This document shows positions 19,601 to 28,036 of a DNA stretch of 57,800 nt, piece by piece. Under the pieces are notes generated by a model. The model was given only the letters and a program-made list of their open reading frames with translations, made no database searches and had not been told where the DNA came from. Source of the stretch: a virus (lineage: Duplodnaviria; Caudoviricetes); IMG/VR virus record IMGVR_UViG_3300050116_000283, positions 1 to 57,800 of that record; one strand, 5' to 3'. Within the stretch, counting starts at the first letter, position 1, and each line of letters opens with the position of its first letter. A program made the position numbers and the translations under genes.

Positions 19601-20535
19601 AGCTCCGTCATGAACGGAATCGCCTCTACGCCGACCCGCTTGAACAGGTCCATGGCCGCCGCGTCCCGCTGGAGGCCTTCGGGGAGCTTGTTCAAACCCT
19701 CGGAAATCTCAACCAGGATTTCGGACGTGGGTTTCATCTCTCCGGCGGCGGTGTGCAGATCGATACCCATCCCGCGCAGAGTTGTCCGCGCCTTCTCACC
19801 CTCCTTTGAGTTGTCGTCGGCGGCCTGCGAGAGGCCGCGCATGAGACGTTCGACAATCGAAATGTCCTGACCGACCGCGCGCGCCGCGAACCCGAACTGC
19901 CCGACCTCTTTCGCGGCCAACCCGGTGCGCAACTCCGCATCCTTGACGTGCGTTCCATACTCGCCGAGGCTCTTCGCAGCCTCGAACGCGGACAGCGCCA
20001 CTGCACCGAGCACGGCAGCGCCGGAAGCGACCGCCACGCCGAAAGGACCGAGAGCCGTAAGGACGGACGAGATCGCGCCCCTGGCGCCCTGGAGCGGGTT
20101 CTCCATAGATTGGCTGACTCGCTGGCCGAACGCTTCGATGGCCACCGATTGCTTCTGGAGAGCCTCCTCTGCCTCTTTTGCAGCCTTGACGGCCAGTGCA
20201 TCGCGCGCGGACTTTTCCTCAATCGCGATCATCTTTTCGTACGACCGCGTGATGGCGTCGATAGCCTGCGGCTCCCTGGCGTACCGCTGGAGGAGTTGGT
20301 CGCGCTGGGAGATAAGCCGATCCACGCCGGTCTTCCCGAACGTGTCTGCCTGCTTCTCAAGCGAGGAAATGAGACGCTGCACACTGGTCCTGGTCTGGTC
20401 CGTGATCCGGACCACCTTGTCGTGCGCGGTCGTCGCTTTCTTCTCGAAGCTGTCCAGGCTGCTGTTGGCCTGATTCACCACCGGACTGACTTGGTCCTCG
20501 GCTTCAAGAACTACACGTTCAGCTTGGTCGCCCAT
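16651..20535 (-). CDS. Tape measure protein
   Basis: 1294 aa helical, Ala/Glu/Lys-rich; GL....Q.FGFAA..G motif; C-terminal Gly-rich hydrophobic segment; position after the tail chaperones. Confidence 0.87.
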   Translation of the reverse strand: MGDQAERVVLEAEDQVSPVVNQANSSLDSFEKKATTAHDKVVRITDQTRTSVQRLISSLEKQADTFGKTGVDRLISQRDQLLQRYAREPQAIDAITRSYEKMIAIEEKSARDALAVKAAKEAEEALQKQSVAIEAFGQRVSQSMENPLQGARGAISSVLTALGPFGVAVASGAAVLGAVALSAFEAAKSLGEYGTHVKDAELRTGLAAKEVGQFGFAARAVGQDISIVERLMRGLSQAADDNSKEGEKARTTLRGMGIDLHTAAGEMKPTSEILVEISEGLNKLPEGLQRDAAAMDLFKRVGVEAIPFMTELNDNLRIAHDEGFGPTEDDIRRFTEYQREVTVLETKWDSLVRKFKEGLVITVSYVGQGVDWFLKNVAAPSSEEEHAGEEHQRQDQDAVRAAGGAGAKMSISAHRQAMADMDRRAPDIMKNSDATLQQIADLRSQQQQLVGDFGLLQALAPTKEEQAKAQGATQIQGQIKQLQQMLNDAEAATRRTDLHGGKEETDRLRARFFGTHEGMEKAYADAKKDVERLQKELFEPDRPLTRAQAQDLGHQLQSAQTDEERRKAALDATAHGGEALKEFRRQAAEFEKKGDEAELDAIGKIFYQRDQLLKQAVLVKASEAEIAAIRKAADEQAGKIRTAETAKFDADWRKFEEYAQQEQAKRLMKNVASLGPSKEEMKEWEDWFRAQDQVASINLESQKDLLTREASHAQKMVGFSGAEGMDAVRETYQIRIDLAKQLAEVEAERILKETTGSEQLVAGARAMKALNKEVADAQEEAVLKQLEIQKQQMDSLKKESEGLWNTLLMHPTKFPKELASTIHEAVIKPVAEGMASMTANVLHPAIFGADGGGGLAGIFQGIFGGSKQADPIKISTDQNTTATILNSAHVAALTAVLAGAMGMTAPAVAAPTGIAGLAGVSVPSISVPARMATVTMTGGGGDGAAVPEASPTFIIDGGGGAPAGVGGVPSGGGAPEGGYSTSALSNLPMLNRGSPLSQLAPALSGKPAFPGLSQLESSVWNTKAYHGLPIDQTTFAGQAASSGLAVATSPMATAAGMMLATSGLMGKQMGSWGGVGMGTAGGALLGAGFGMQYGGPMGAVLGAGIGAVAGLGIGIGEKLAGIESPQVKAHNDIKQIYGVDIPQNSGTIKQVVSIAQSEFGNDIAVAVRSPKVRQLVMLYSEATGQKMPLSASTPYAGSLVEQGGNLYQQASFQNNAWHSYVSDLPTLGGIGGSTFPTTPGPNTTPSGSTYVSLNINGQPITSDFVADQSMAAQNASYGRTQQSANLQVPGLMVA

Positions 20536-20538
20536 TTT

Positions 20539-21114
20539 CTAAGCTGCCTTCGCACCGATGTACTGCTCAAATCCCGCCTGCCGCATGGAACCGAAATACG
20601 TGGAACCGAAGCTCTGAAAGGATCGGAACGTCGACCCTGTGCTGCCCGCCCCTTGGACCTGCTGCAGCGTCACCACCGGACGGTAGTTGTAAATCAGCGG
20701 AATCACCTTGTCTCGATCTGCCGGCGACACGCCCCACATCCGCTCCGTCTGGTTGTTCCAGAAAGCAAGTTGCGAAGCTGTCTGGCTTCGACCGGGCAAA
20801 GCCTCGTCTAGGAAGCCAATCACCGCGCGGTTTTCGGTCGCCGTAAGTACCTTGAGACAGCGCATCGTGTGCCCGGTCCATGTCCAGTCGCGGATCGGTT
20901 GGAGGCCATGCGCCGCCTTGTAATCCGGATAGCCGCGGCGTCCGGCCTGCGCGGGCTTCAGGGGCGTCGCCGCCTGATCGTAAATGTTCTGGCCACTCTG
21001 GATGCGCTTGCGGATCGTGTCCGCGAGCAACTGCGCAAAGCCCTGCATCTCCTGTAGCGTGAACGGGGAGTACACGAAGCGGGCGCGCCGAACGACTGTC
21101 TGGAAGCGAGGCAT
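20539..21114 (-). CDS. Phage virion morphogenesis/tail completion-like protein
   Basis: 191 aa basic protein; PLKP..YPDYK..RDWTWTGHTMR resembles virion-morphogenesis proteins; coupled to the TMP gene. Confidence 0.5.
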   Translation of the reverse strand: MPRFQTVVRRARFVYSPFTLQEMQGFAQLLADTIRKRIQSGQNIYDQAATPLKPAQAGRRGYPDYKAAHGLQPIRDWTWTGHTMRCLKVLTATENRAVIGFLDEALPGRSQTASQLAFWNNQTERMWGVSPADRDKVIPLIYNYRPVVTLQQVQGAGSTGSTFRSFQSFGSTYFGSMRQAGFEQYIGAKAA

Positions 21115-21138
21115 GGACTTCGTCTGTCTTTAGGAGGT

Positions 21139-21157
21139 GTTATACAATGTGTATAAC
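21139..21157. promoter_or_regulatory. Palindromic operator of brnTA
   Basis: GTTATACA-ATG-TGTATAAC perfect 8-bp inverted repeat directly before the brnT start. Confidence 0.7.
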
Positions 21158-21158
21158 G

Positions 21159-21455
21159 ATGCGATTTGAATGGGACGACCAAAAGAACCGGGTCAACCAG
21201 CAGAAGCACGACATTTCGTTTGAGACCGCCGCCCTGGTCTTCAACGATTCCCTCGCAACGTTCCGCAAAGACCGAATCGTTGATGGCGAGCAGCGATGGC
21301 ACGCTATTGGCGCCGTAGAGAAGGCAGTTCTGTTGGTAGTCCACGTATATCGCATGGAGACTGAACATGGCGAAGAAGAAACCATCCGCATCATCTCGGC
21401 CCGCGAAGCTAATAAGCGTGAGCGCCGAATCTATATTCAGCAAGCCGGTGGGTAA
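21159..21455 (+). CDS. brnT: BrnT family toxin (RNase)
   Basis: MRFEWDDQKNRVNQQKHDISFE...GEQRW.AIG...IRIISAREA..ERRIY; alternative start 21147. Confidence 0.92.
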   Translation: MRFEWDDQKNRVNQQKHDISFETAALVFNDSLATFRKDRIVDGEQRWHAIGAVEKAVLLVVHVYRMETEHGEEETIRIISAREANKRERRIYIQQAGG

Positions 21456-21699
21456 GAAACAGAAAGGCGCCCTGTCCCGGATCGCAAAGCGGCAGGCCGC
21501 CGGAGACGATTCCGGCATCGACTACTCGGACATCCCTCCTCTGACCAACGAGCAACTGGCGCAATTCCGCCGCACTCCGAAGGTTTTAGTGGCCGCTCGC
21601 ATCGACCGGGAAGTTTACGACTGGCTGATGCAATATGGCAAGGGTTACTCGACCCGCATCAACAGCATCCTGCGTACGGTCATGGATCGAACTCGTTGA
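21367..21699 (+). CDS. brnA: BrnA antitoxin (ribbon-helix-helix)
   Basis: IDYSDIPPL...RIDREVYDWL..GKGYSTRINSILR; overlaps the brnT 3' end. Confidence 0.88.
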   Translation: MAKKKPSASSRPAKLISVSAESIFSKPVGKKQKGALSRIAKRQAAGDDSGIDYSDIPPLTNEQLAQFRRTPKVLVAARIDREVYDWLMQYGKGYSTRINSILRTVMDRTR

Positions 21700-21721
21700 G
21701 CGCCTTCGATTCACCGGTTTC

Positions 21722-22138
21722 CTATCGTCGCGATAATTTCCTGATCAGCAACTCCTGGAAGCTCTTCACATCGCGGTCCTCTGCCGCGACGTATTCTTTC
21801 TGCTCGCTATCGATCAACTCCATCACGCGGAACTCCTCCTCCGTGATGTCGCTGAGCGTGAGGGTCAACCCGAGCGTTCTGGCGTTGAGAAGCCGGAAGC
21901 ACCGCCGGACCAGGAGGCCGTTCGGCGTGTCCATAGCCTCGTCGAGCAGGTGCCTCGGGCAGTTGGGCCCGTGGCTGACGTCGATGGCCTTCCAGCCCGC
22001 GTTGCACTGCGGGCAGGCATCCAACTCGTCCGGAGAAGAGTAACCGCACTGCCGGCATCGGAACACCCGGTCCGCGCAGTCTTCATCGCGTCCGCACGCC
22101 GATCCCTGGCGGCACGCCGAGCGGATCAGGAATCGCAA
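21722..22138 (-). CDS. Tail assembly chaperone downstream ORF (gpT-like), Cys-rich
   Basis: In the -1 frame of the upstream chaperone; possible TTG start at 22138 with GGAGG SD, or frameshift product; CxxC..CxxC. Confidence 0.6.
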   Translation of the reverse strand: MRFLIRSACRQGSACGRDEDCADRVFRCRQCGYSSPDELDACPQCNAGWKAIDVSHGPNCPRHLLDEAMDTPNGLLVRRCFRLLNARTLGLTLTLSDITEEEFRVMELIDSEQKEYVAAEDRDVKSFQELLIRKLSRR

Positions 22139-22167
22139 GCCCGGCCCCTCCGGAGAGTCGGGCTGCG

Positions 22168-22779
22168 CTATTCCGGGTCGTCGTCTGCCTCGATGGCCAG
22201 TTGCGCGATCACTTCGGACACCGCCGCGGATTTGTGAACGATGGGCACGTCGCCGGCATAACCGTCGTGCGACACGTGCAGCTTGTCGTAGAGTGCGCCG
22301 CTGGGTTCGAGGAACGCCCGCGTCTCGACCGAGCGCCTGGCGGCCACGACGCTGGTGGACGCCTTCTCGTGATCCTGCATCTCCTTGGCGGTCGGCATCC
22401 GCAAGACGTGCGTCACGCGCGCACCGGGGACCCTCATTGCGATCCGGTAGTTGACGCCCTCGCGCTCGATATCGGCCACCTGACAACGCTCGACGCGACC
22501 GATAACCATACCGGTTTCGGCGTCGTCGAACTCGGGACCCTCCTGGTCGATGCGGATCTTCCGGAATAACTCCGCGTTGATTTTCGGAAGATCGATGTCT
22601 TCGCTTTGCGACTTCCCGCGCCCGAGGAAATGGCGAATGGTGCGTTGGGCCCGCGCCCAGAAGCACCATTCCTCGTCGGTTGGAAAACGCACCTCGCATC
22701 GCTTTTCCCCGCCCGACAGGATCGGCACGACGATAGGCTTCGATGCGTCAAACATTGGCTTGCTGGTCTGTTGTTCCAT
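22168..22779 (-). CDS. Tail assembly chaperone (gpG-like)
   Basis: Between the tail tube and tape measure genes; acidic C-terminus DDDPE followed by an overlapping -1 frame ORF. Confidence 0.65.
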   Translation of the reverse strand: MEQQTSKPMFDASKPIVVPILSGGEKRCEVRFPTDEEWCFWARAQRTIRHFLGRGKSQSEDIDLPKINAELFRKIRIDQEGPEFDDAETGMVIGRVERCQVADIEREGVNYRIAMRVPGARVTHVLRMPTAKEMQDHEKASTSVVAARRSVETRAFLEPSGALYDKLHVSHDGYAGDVPIVHKSAAVSEVIAQLAIEADDDPE

Positions 22780-22826
22780 AGAGTGTTTTATCGATCAGGA
22801 CTGCCATCGACGATGCCGCGCGGAGT

Positions 22827-22988
22827 TCACCAGCGATGGAAGTAAGGTCCACCGCCGAAGAATCCACCGAACAAGTAGGCCAGCAGGAGGATGACAAGGA
22901 CAGTCCAGATCAAGCCGCCCCCGCCCCACCGGTAATACCCACCTCCGCCGCCGAACAACAAAAGCAAGATGATCAGTAGAATCAGCAT
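22827..22988 (-). CDS. Small two-TM membrane protein (DUF3309-like)
   Basis: Not in the ORF track; hand-translated MLILLIILLLLFGGGGGYYRWGRGGLIWTVLVILLLAYLFGGFFGGGPYFHRW (53 aa); SD AAGGA. Confidence 0.72.
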   Translation of the reverse strand: MLILLIILLLLFGGGGGYYRWGGGGLIWTVLVILLLAYLFGGFFGGGPYFHRW

Positions 22989-23000
22989 CGTCGTTTTCCT

Positions 23001-24056
23001 TTACTGGCAGATGCCGCCCTGCGGCGAAGTCACCGACATCGTGACCAGACCGTTGGTCGCGTTGTACAACTGGACGCCTGTCACCTGGAGAGTGGCGATG
23101 CCGTCGGTGTTCGACAACTCGACCACGTTGAATCCCATCTGCTGGATGGCCATCGTGAAAGTGTTGTTGGCGTCGCGCGTGAATGTGACGGTCGCGGTGC
23201 CGGTGGTTTGATTGATGAGGTTCGCGTATTCCATCGAACCGTTCTGCACGCGCACCACGAACTGGCAGGCGAACGTTCGGTCGCCCCACTCGAAGCGGCC
23301 TTGAATCTGGTAGCCGTCCTGCGCTCCGGAACCGGGGAAGAAGCCGGGCCGGAAGTTGTTCTCCCAGGAGGCGTCGAGCGACACGAACTGCATACCGCTG
23401 CCGCCGGTCAGGTAGTTGATGCCGTTGATGGTCAACGCACTGACCATGCTGGCGTTGAACTCGTGCGGTTGCGTTACCGCCGGCAGGGTGATGCCACTGG
23501 GCGAGGTGTACTGACCGGTAGCCACGCACTCGCACGACAGCATCGCGCTGGCGCGGCCGGGAGAATTCTTGATTGCCAGCTTCCAGCTCTTGATAGCGCA
23601 ACCGATCAGCATCTCGTCGAGGATTGCAGATCCGCCAGGCCGGATCTGCTGGACGTACGTGAAGTACGGCAACTCAAGGCCGGTCGGATTGGTCGCGCCC
23701 AGCGCCGGTACGACCGTGTAGGTGTATGGAGATCCGGTGCCGACGAGCGTCACGTTGCCCAGCGAGAACGACAGTACCCACGCCAGGAACTCCGACGAGG
23801 CGTACTTCGAAATCTCGAAGGTCGGCATGTTGTAGTGCGACTTGAACAGCGCCGTAGGGAACTCGTGACCCTTGCCGATTTCAGCCCGGTCGTCCTCGTT
23901 CACCGGCACCTTCGCCCAGGGCTTCGTGTTGAGGTTCGTCAACCGCCACATCTTGGCCGCGGTCTGCGGCGTAATAATCGCCGCAGCAGGCGGCGTAACG
24001 ACCGCGGCCTGTTTGCCGAAGCTCCAGCCCTCAATCAGTTCATTGATGTTCGCCAT
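23001..24056 (-). CDS. Major tail (tube) protein
   Basis: 351 aa, Thr/Ser/Gly-rich beta protein; position after head-tail genes and before the chaperones; SD AAGGAGG. Confidence 0.75.
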   Translation of the reverse strand: MANINELIEGWSFGKQAAVVTPPAAAIITPQTAAKMWRLTNLNTKPWAKVPVNEDDRAEIGKGHEFPTALFKSHYNMPTFEISKYASSEFLAWVLSFSLGNVTLVGTGSPYTYTVVPALGATNPTGLELPYFTYVQQIRPGGSAILDEMLIGCAIKSWKLAIKNSPGRASAMLSCECVATGQYTSPSGITLPAVTQPHEFNASMVSALTINGINYLTGGSGMQFVSLDASWENNFRPGFFPGSGAQDGYQIQGRFEWGDRTFACQFVVRVQNGSMEYANLINQTTGTATVTFTRDANNTFTMAIQQMGFNVVELSNTDGIATLQVTGVQLYNATNGLVTMSVTSPQGGICQ

Positions 24057-24059
24057 GGT

Positions 24060-24230
24060 TTAGTTGGCCTCCTTCGTCTCCGCAGTTTCGGGTTGCGCTA
24101 CTGTTGCCGGTGCGGGCACCTGATGCCAGCCTTGTGACATGAGGGGCCCAAGTATAGCGGTGGTTGCCTGGACCTCCCGGATTTCATCGCTTTGCGGGGA
24201 CTGCATAAATACCATCGGAACGTCTTGCAT
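24060..24230 (-). CDS. Small hypothetical protein (56 aa)
   Basis: Hand-translated MQDVPMVFMQSPQSDEIREV...ETKEAN*; fills the gap, stop 3 nt before the tail tube start. Confidence 0.6.
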   Translation of the reverse strand: MQDVPMVFMQSPQSDEIREVQATTAILGPLMSQGWHQVPAPATVAQPETAETKEAN

Positions 24231-24262
24231 CTCTTGGCCTCAACTCCGGGACAACCGGCTTT

Positions 24263-24760
24263 TTATGGGTTGGTAGCTTCGATCAACCGGACCGCCACCT
24301 CGAAGTACTCGAACGTGGCACCGTCCGCGCTGACCACGATAGTGTTGCGCCGGGCTGACGGCAGATAGAAATCCATCGGCTCGCAGCTGGGGTCGACCGG
24401 AAGGTGCAGCATCTGGAGCGTGCCGCCCTCCGGAATGTCGTTGACAATCCAGTTGTAGAGGTCCTCGTAGCCGACGCTGGGCGTCTCCGGCGCGCGCAGG
24501 TAAAGCGCGAACTCATGCACGAATACGAGGGCGTTGCCCAGTCGGCCCGGCGCAGTACCGTGCCAGACGACCATGATCGATCCCGGCGGCATTCCCAGGA
24601 CCGCCAGGCGAACGTTGTTCTGCGTGGACTGCCCGAAGACCGTAGCGTTTTCCGAATAGAATTGGACCGAGCTGGCAGCGCCGCCTATCGCTTTCATAAG
24701 GTTCGGCAGTGCTTGAAGAGCGGTCACCCACTCGGCCAGCATGGTCTTGGGATTGATCAT
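24263..24760 (-). CDS. Putative tail terminator protein
   Basis: 165 aa from MINPKTML (TAATG overlap with the upstream gene); position before the tail tube. Confidence 0.55.
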   Translation of the reverse strand: MINPKTMLAEWVTALQALPNLMKAIGGAASSVQFYSENATVFGQSTQNNVRLAVLGMPPGSIMVVWHGTAPGRLGNALVFVHEFALYLRAPETPSVGYEDLYNWIVNDIPEGGTLQMLHLPVDPSCEPMDFYLPSARRNTIVVSADGATFEYFEVAVRLIEATNP

Positions 24761-25086
24761 TACGGTTGCATCGTCAGCGTCAAATGGACCATGCCGTACG
24801 GGTCGGGCTGGCGCACGGTCGTGACGGTGAATGTCGCCCCCCAAGCAGTGACCGTGTCGCCACGCTGCGGCGGCGCCTCAGGCAGGTCTACAGGGTTCAC
24901 TTCGATCTCTTCCACGCTCGCTACCGCACCTGCCTCCATCCGCTCGCGGGTACACCTGATGGCAGTAAGAGGAACCGACGCGCTGGCCGGCGCGCCCGCT
25001 TGCATCGGTTGGTACACCACCGGTTCGCCGAACCTGTTCTGCATGATGCGATTCGCGTTCGCGCTAATGGTGGGCCATCCGGACAT
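24760..25086 (-). CDS. Head-tail joining protein (gpFII-like)
   Basis: 108 aa; FGEPVVY, P.RGDTV...F.V motifs; follows the capsid cement gene. Confidence 0.68.
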   Translation of the reverse strand: MSGWPTISANANRIMQNRFGEPVVYQPMQAGAPASASVPLTAIRCTRERMEAGAVASVEEIEVNPVDLPEAPPQRGDTVTAWGATFTVTTVRQPDPYGMVHLTLTMQP

Positions 25087-25124
25087 AGGTCAAAAGGAAG
25101 CGGCGACTTGCGCCGCCCCGAGTT

Positions 25125-25484
25125 CTAGAACGCGGAATTCAACCGCACACGAACGGTCGGATCGCCGGCCACGCCACCCGGAGCGTTCGCGCCGCTCGCT
25201 TGCATCAGCACGGCCACGCCGATCTTCTTGTCGGTGTTGATGGAGGTAGCTACGTGGTTGACGTTGTCCCAATACACGTAATCGCCGTTCGCGAACGTGC
25301 TGGCGTCTTTGGCTAGGTCGAAGACGCCCTCGACTTGGATCTCCATGTTGTCGCCCGTGACCTGCGTGTTGACGGCGACCCCGAACAGGTAGCCCGTACC
25401 GACGACCTCCACACCGCCACCCGAATTCACGCTGTAGGGCGCGATCACTGTGAGCGTCTTCCCTTGCTGGACGTAATTGTTCAT
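25125..25484 (-). CDS. DUF2190-family capsid cement/decoration protein
   Basis: MNNYVQQGKTL..GVA..VEGVFDLAK..GDYVYWD..IGVA..VRVRL; follows the capsid gene. Confidence 0.85.
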   Translation of the reverse strand: MNNYVQQGKTLTVIAPYSVNSGGGVEVVGTGYLFGVAVNTQVTGDNMEIQVEGVFDLAKDASTFANGDYVYWDNVNHVATSINTDKKIGVAVLMQASGANAPGGVAGDPTVRVRLNSAF

Positions 25485-25566
25485 CGACTTCCTCTCCTCT
25501 GGTTTGTGCCGGGACCAGATGAGGACCCGGCTTTGGTTGAGCTCGTTGGCCGCGCGCTGCAGCTTC

Positions 25567-28008
25567 CTACGCGCCGGCGTTTTTCTGCATGCCGCGATAG
25601 TCGATGGCCGCCGCGCCGAAGTCCATGCGCGCCTTAATTTCCACGCCGTCGATCTCGAAGCCTTGCTTGGTCTCGATGTAAACACCTTGCTGGCCCTCGA
25701 GGTAGCAGTATTCGATTGTGTCCACCTGCGCCGGGTCCGCGATCAGATACCACGCGGTCGCGCTGTTGGCGTCGAGACGGGGCTCGACCACGGGAATGAG
25801 ACCGCGCACCCACTCCGGGACCACCCCGCCAGGAGTAGCGGAGGCGATGTTGATGGGATACACGACCTGAAGCATGAAGGTTTCCAGCGCCGTCGGCACC
25901 GCGATGAAACGCGGAACCAGATTCAGGGGGGTCCCCTGCGGTCCCTTCTGCATACGCAAATTCTGCCGTCCGCTGCCGAGTGCGGACAATGCACCATCGC
26001 CCGCCGGAGTGCCACCGTTTACAGCGGGGTTGAGGCTGCTCCCAGCACCGGAGAGCAGGTTGTTGTGGCCAGCCGCGAACAGCGCGGTCTGAGCGGCGTC
26101 GCCCGCATACTGGGCAATCGGGTTGGACGTGATGATCGCCCACACAGTGTCAGACTCCAACCGTGCAGCAGCCACGCCCAGCAGCGCCGGAACGCGGGTG
26201 AACGCCTGGAGGTCGTCGTTGATGATGACCTTGCGGGTCAGCGCCACGATCTCGCCATAGGTGGCGAGCTGATACGTGATGTTGTTGTCGGTGAGCTGCG
26301 CGCGGTGGTACTCACCCTTTTCATTAAGCTTCTGGAGCACCGGCGCATCCGCCAACATCACCCGGTTGACGGGCTTGAAATCCTCTGCCGTCATCTGGCG
26401 GGAGAAAGGCTGGAACGTGCGCGGATAGGCTTCATAGCCCTGGCGCAGGGTCTTGTTGGCGACATTGGCCAGGATCGCCGGGAAGTCCGAGGTCGACTCC
26501 GCGCCGCCCTCGAAATATTCCACGTTGCGGGACGGTGCCCGCAGCGCCAATTCCGCAACCCGGGTGCTATCCCAACCGCGCGTGTCGATACCGCGAAGTT
26601 GCAGGTAGTCCTTCGCCATATCGATCAGCTTGAAATTGCGATACTCGCGCGCCTTTTCCTCGGCCTCACGATGCTGCGGTTCACCGCAACCGGACAGGAA
26701 GGCGCCAGACAGCGGTTGCCGATGCAGGAAGAACCGGCTATCGGCGCGCAGCAGCAGAGCGGACTGCATGCAGTCCAACCGCTTCTGTATCGCGTCGGTT
26801 CCGCCGCCCGTCCCCGGACCGTGGTTAACGATCTTGCGCCTCGCCGCATCCGCGGCCAGCTTGTTGAGGATCTGCGTCCCCGCATCGGCCGCCGACACGC
26901 CCTTCGCAACGAGCTCGGTAACGAAGGCCTTTTCGACGCCTTGAATGGTGCCCAGCGTTTCGATATCGCTGACCCGTTTACGTTCTTGAGTGACCGCCTC
27001 TTCGCGTGCGGCGGCCAACGCTTGTTCGTTCACAACTCGGGCATCCACAGCCGTGCCCTGCTGCGTCGTTTCAGTCATTGCAGGTTTCTCCTTTTGCGGG
27101 CTGATTGCCCGAAGTACTTCGATCACTGCAGCGTCCGGCGCGCCGAAGATTGCGATCTCCCCGTTCGGTTGCGCGCTCAGAAAACACGTATTGAAATCCG
27201 CCGGCACCGTACACGGCGAGATCTCGAACGGTTCCCAATCGGTCGCCTTGAACATCCCGATCTCCTGGTTGTTCAAGTACGGAGCTTTTCCCTCCGGCAT
27301 ACCCTCCGTCTGCATGTCGGTCTTCTCACGCTTGTAAATGAACGTGCCGAAGCTGAGATTCTGGAGGATCCCGGTCGAGGCCTTGCGGAACATCTCCGCG
27401 CCGTCCGGATCGCCCAGATCGAATTTGAGGGTCGCCATTCCCTTCGGACCGTTCGGCCACGCGCGCTGGACAACGCCGACCTGGGCCCGCGTGCCGACCT
27501 TGCCGGCCATGAGGGACTTGAAATCGTCGCCCGAGAAATGCGTGTCGAAGACCGGCGCTCCGGCATTCAACCGGTCGAGACGGGCGCCCGCCATGTCCAG
27601 CTTGAGCATGTACGGCTCGCCGGTAGAGCGGTCGATCCTTGGGACCATCGCGCCGCTATACCAGACCACGTCGATGGTGCCGTCGTCCGCGTTCGCGGTG
27701 CTGGGCACCACCTGCGCGTCGGCGGCGAAGACTTCGGACTGGCAGCCGCCGGCCGCGCCTACGGCAGGCTTCGTTCGGGCGTCGGCGATTATCTCCACAA
27801 TCTCCGACGTCTCTTTGGCGCCAGCAGGCGCATCGCCGCTTGCAGTCACCTCGCGATGAATCTCCGTCACGGTGGTCGTCGTTGGTTCGGTCGTCGTGGT
27901 AGTTGCGGTCGTTGCCGTAGTTGCCGGCGGATCCTCCGCCAGCGCCGCGATGGTCGCTTGGCCGGGCTGTTCCTCCAGACCGGTGATTACATCCGGTTTG
28001 CTGTCCAT
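25567..28008 (-). CDS. Prohead protease-scaffold-major capsid protein fusion
   Basis: N-terminal protease (RLNAGAPVFDTH, W.PFEISPCTVPAD), helical scaffold, capsid region STSDFPAILANVANK..R.DFGAAAIDYRG; start ATG 28008 with SD. Confidence 0.88.
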   Translation of the reverse strand: MDSKPDVITGLEEQPGQATIAALAEDPPATTATTATTTTTEPTTTTVTEIHREVTASGDAPAGAKETSEIVEIIADARTKPAVGAAGGCQSEVFAADAQVVPSTANADDGTIDVVWYSGAMVPRIDRSTGEPYMLKLDMAGARLDRLNAGAPVFDTHFSGDDFKSLMAGKVGTRAQVGVVQRAWPNGPKGMATLKFDLGDPDGAEMFRKASTGILQNLSFGTFIYKREKTDMQTEGMPEGKAPYLNNQEIGMFKATDWEPFEISPCTVPADFNTCFLSAQPNGEIAIFGAPDAAVIEVLRAISPQKEKPAMTETTQQGTAVDARVVNEQALAAAREEAVTQERKRVSDIETLGTIQGVEKAFVTELVAKGVSAADAGTQILNKLAADAARRKIVNHGPGTGGGTDAIQKRLDCMQSALLLRADSRFFLHRQPLSGAFLSGCGEPQHREAEEKAREYRNFKLIDMAKDYLQLRGIDTRGWDSTRVAELALRAPSRNVEYFEGGAESTSDFPAILANVANKTLRQGYEAYPRTFQPFSRQMTAEDFKPVNRVMLADAPVLQKLNEKGEYHRAQLTDNNITYQLATYGEIVALTRKVIINDDLQAFTRVPALLGVAAARLESDTVWAIITSNPIAQYAGDAAQTALFAAGHNNLLSGAGSSLNPAVNGGTPAGDGALSALGSGRQNLRMQKGPQGTPLNLVPRFIAVPTALETFMLQVVYPINIASATPGGVVPEWVRGLIPVVEPRLDANSATAWYLIADPAQVDTIEYCYLEGQQGVYIETKQGFEIDGVEIKARMDFGAAAIDYRGMQKNAGA

Positions 28009-28036
28009 CCTGGTCCTCTCCTTTTTGCGGTTCGAT

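Noticed and set aside
25125-25484. RecA/RadA-like recombinase label sometimes attached to DUF2190
   Set aside because: 119 aa, no Walker motifs, sits directly after the capsid gene
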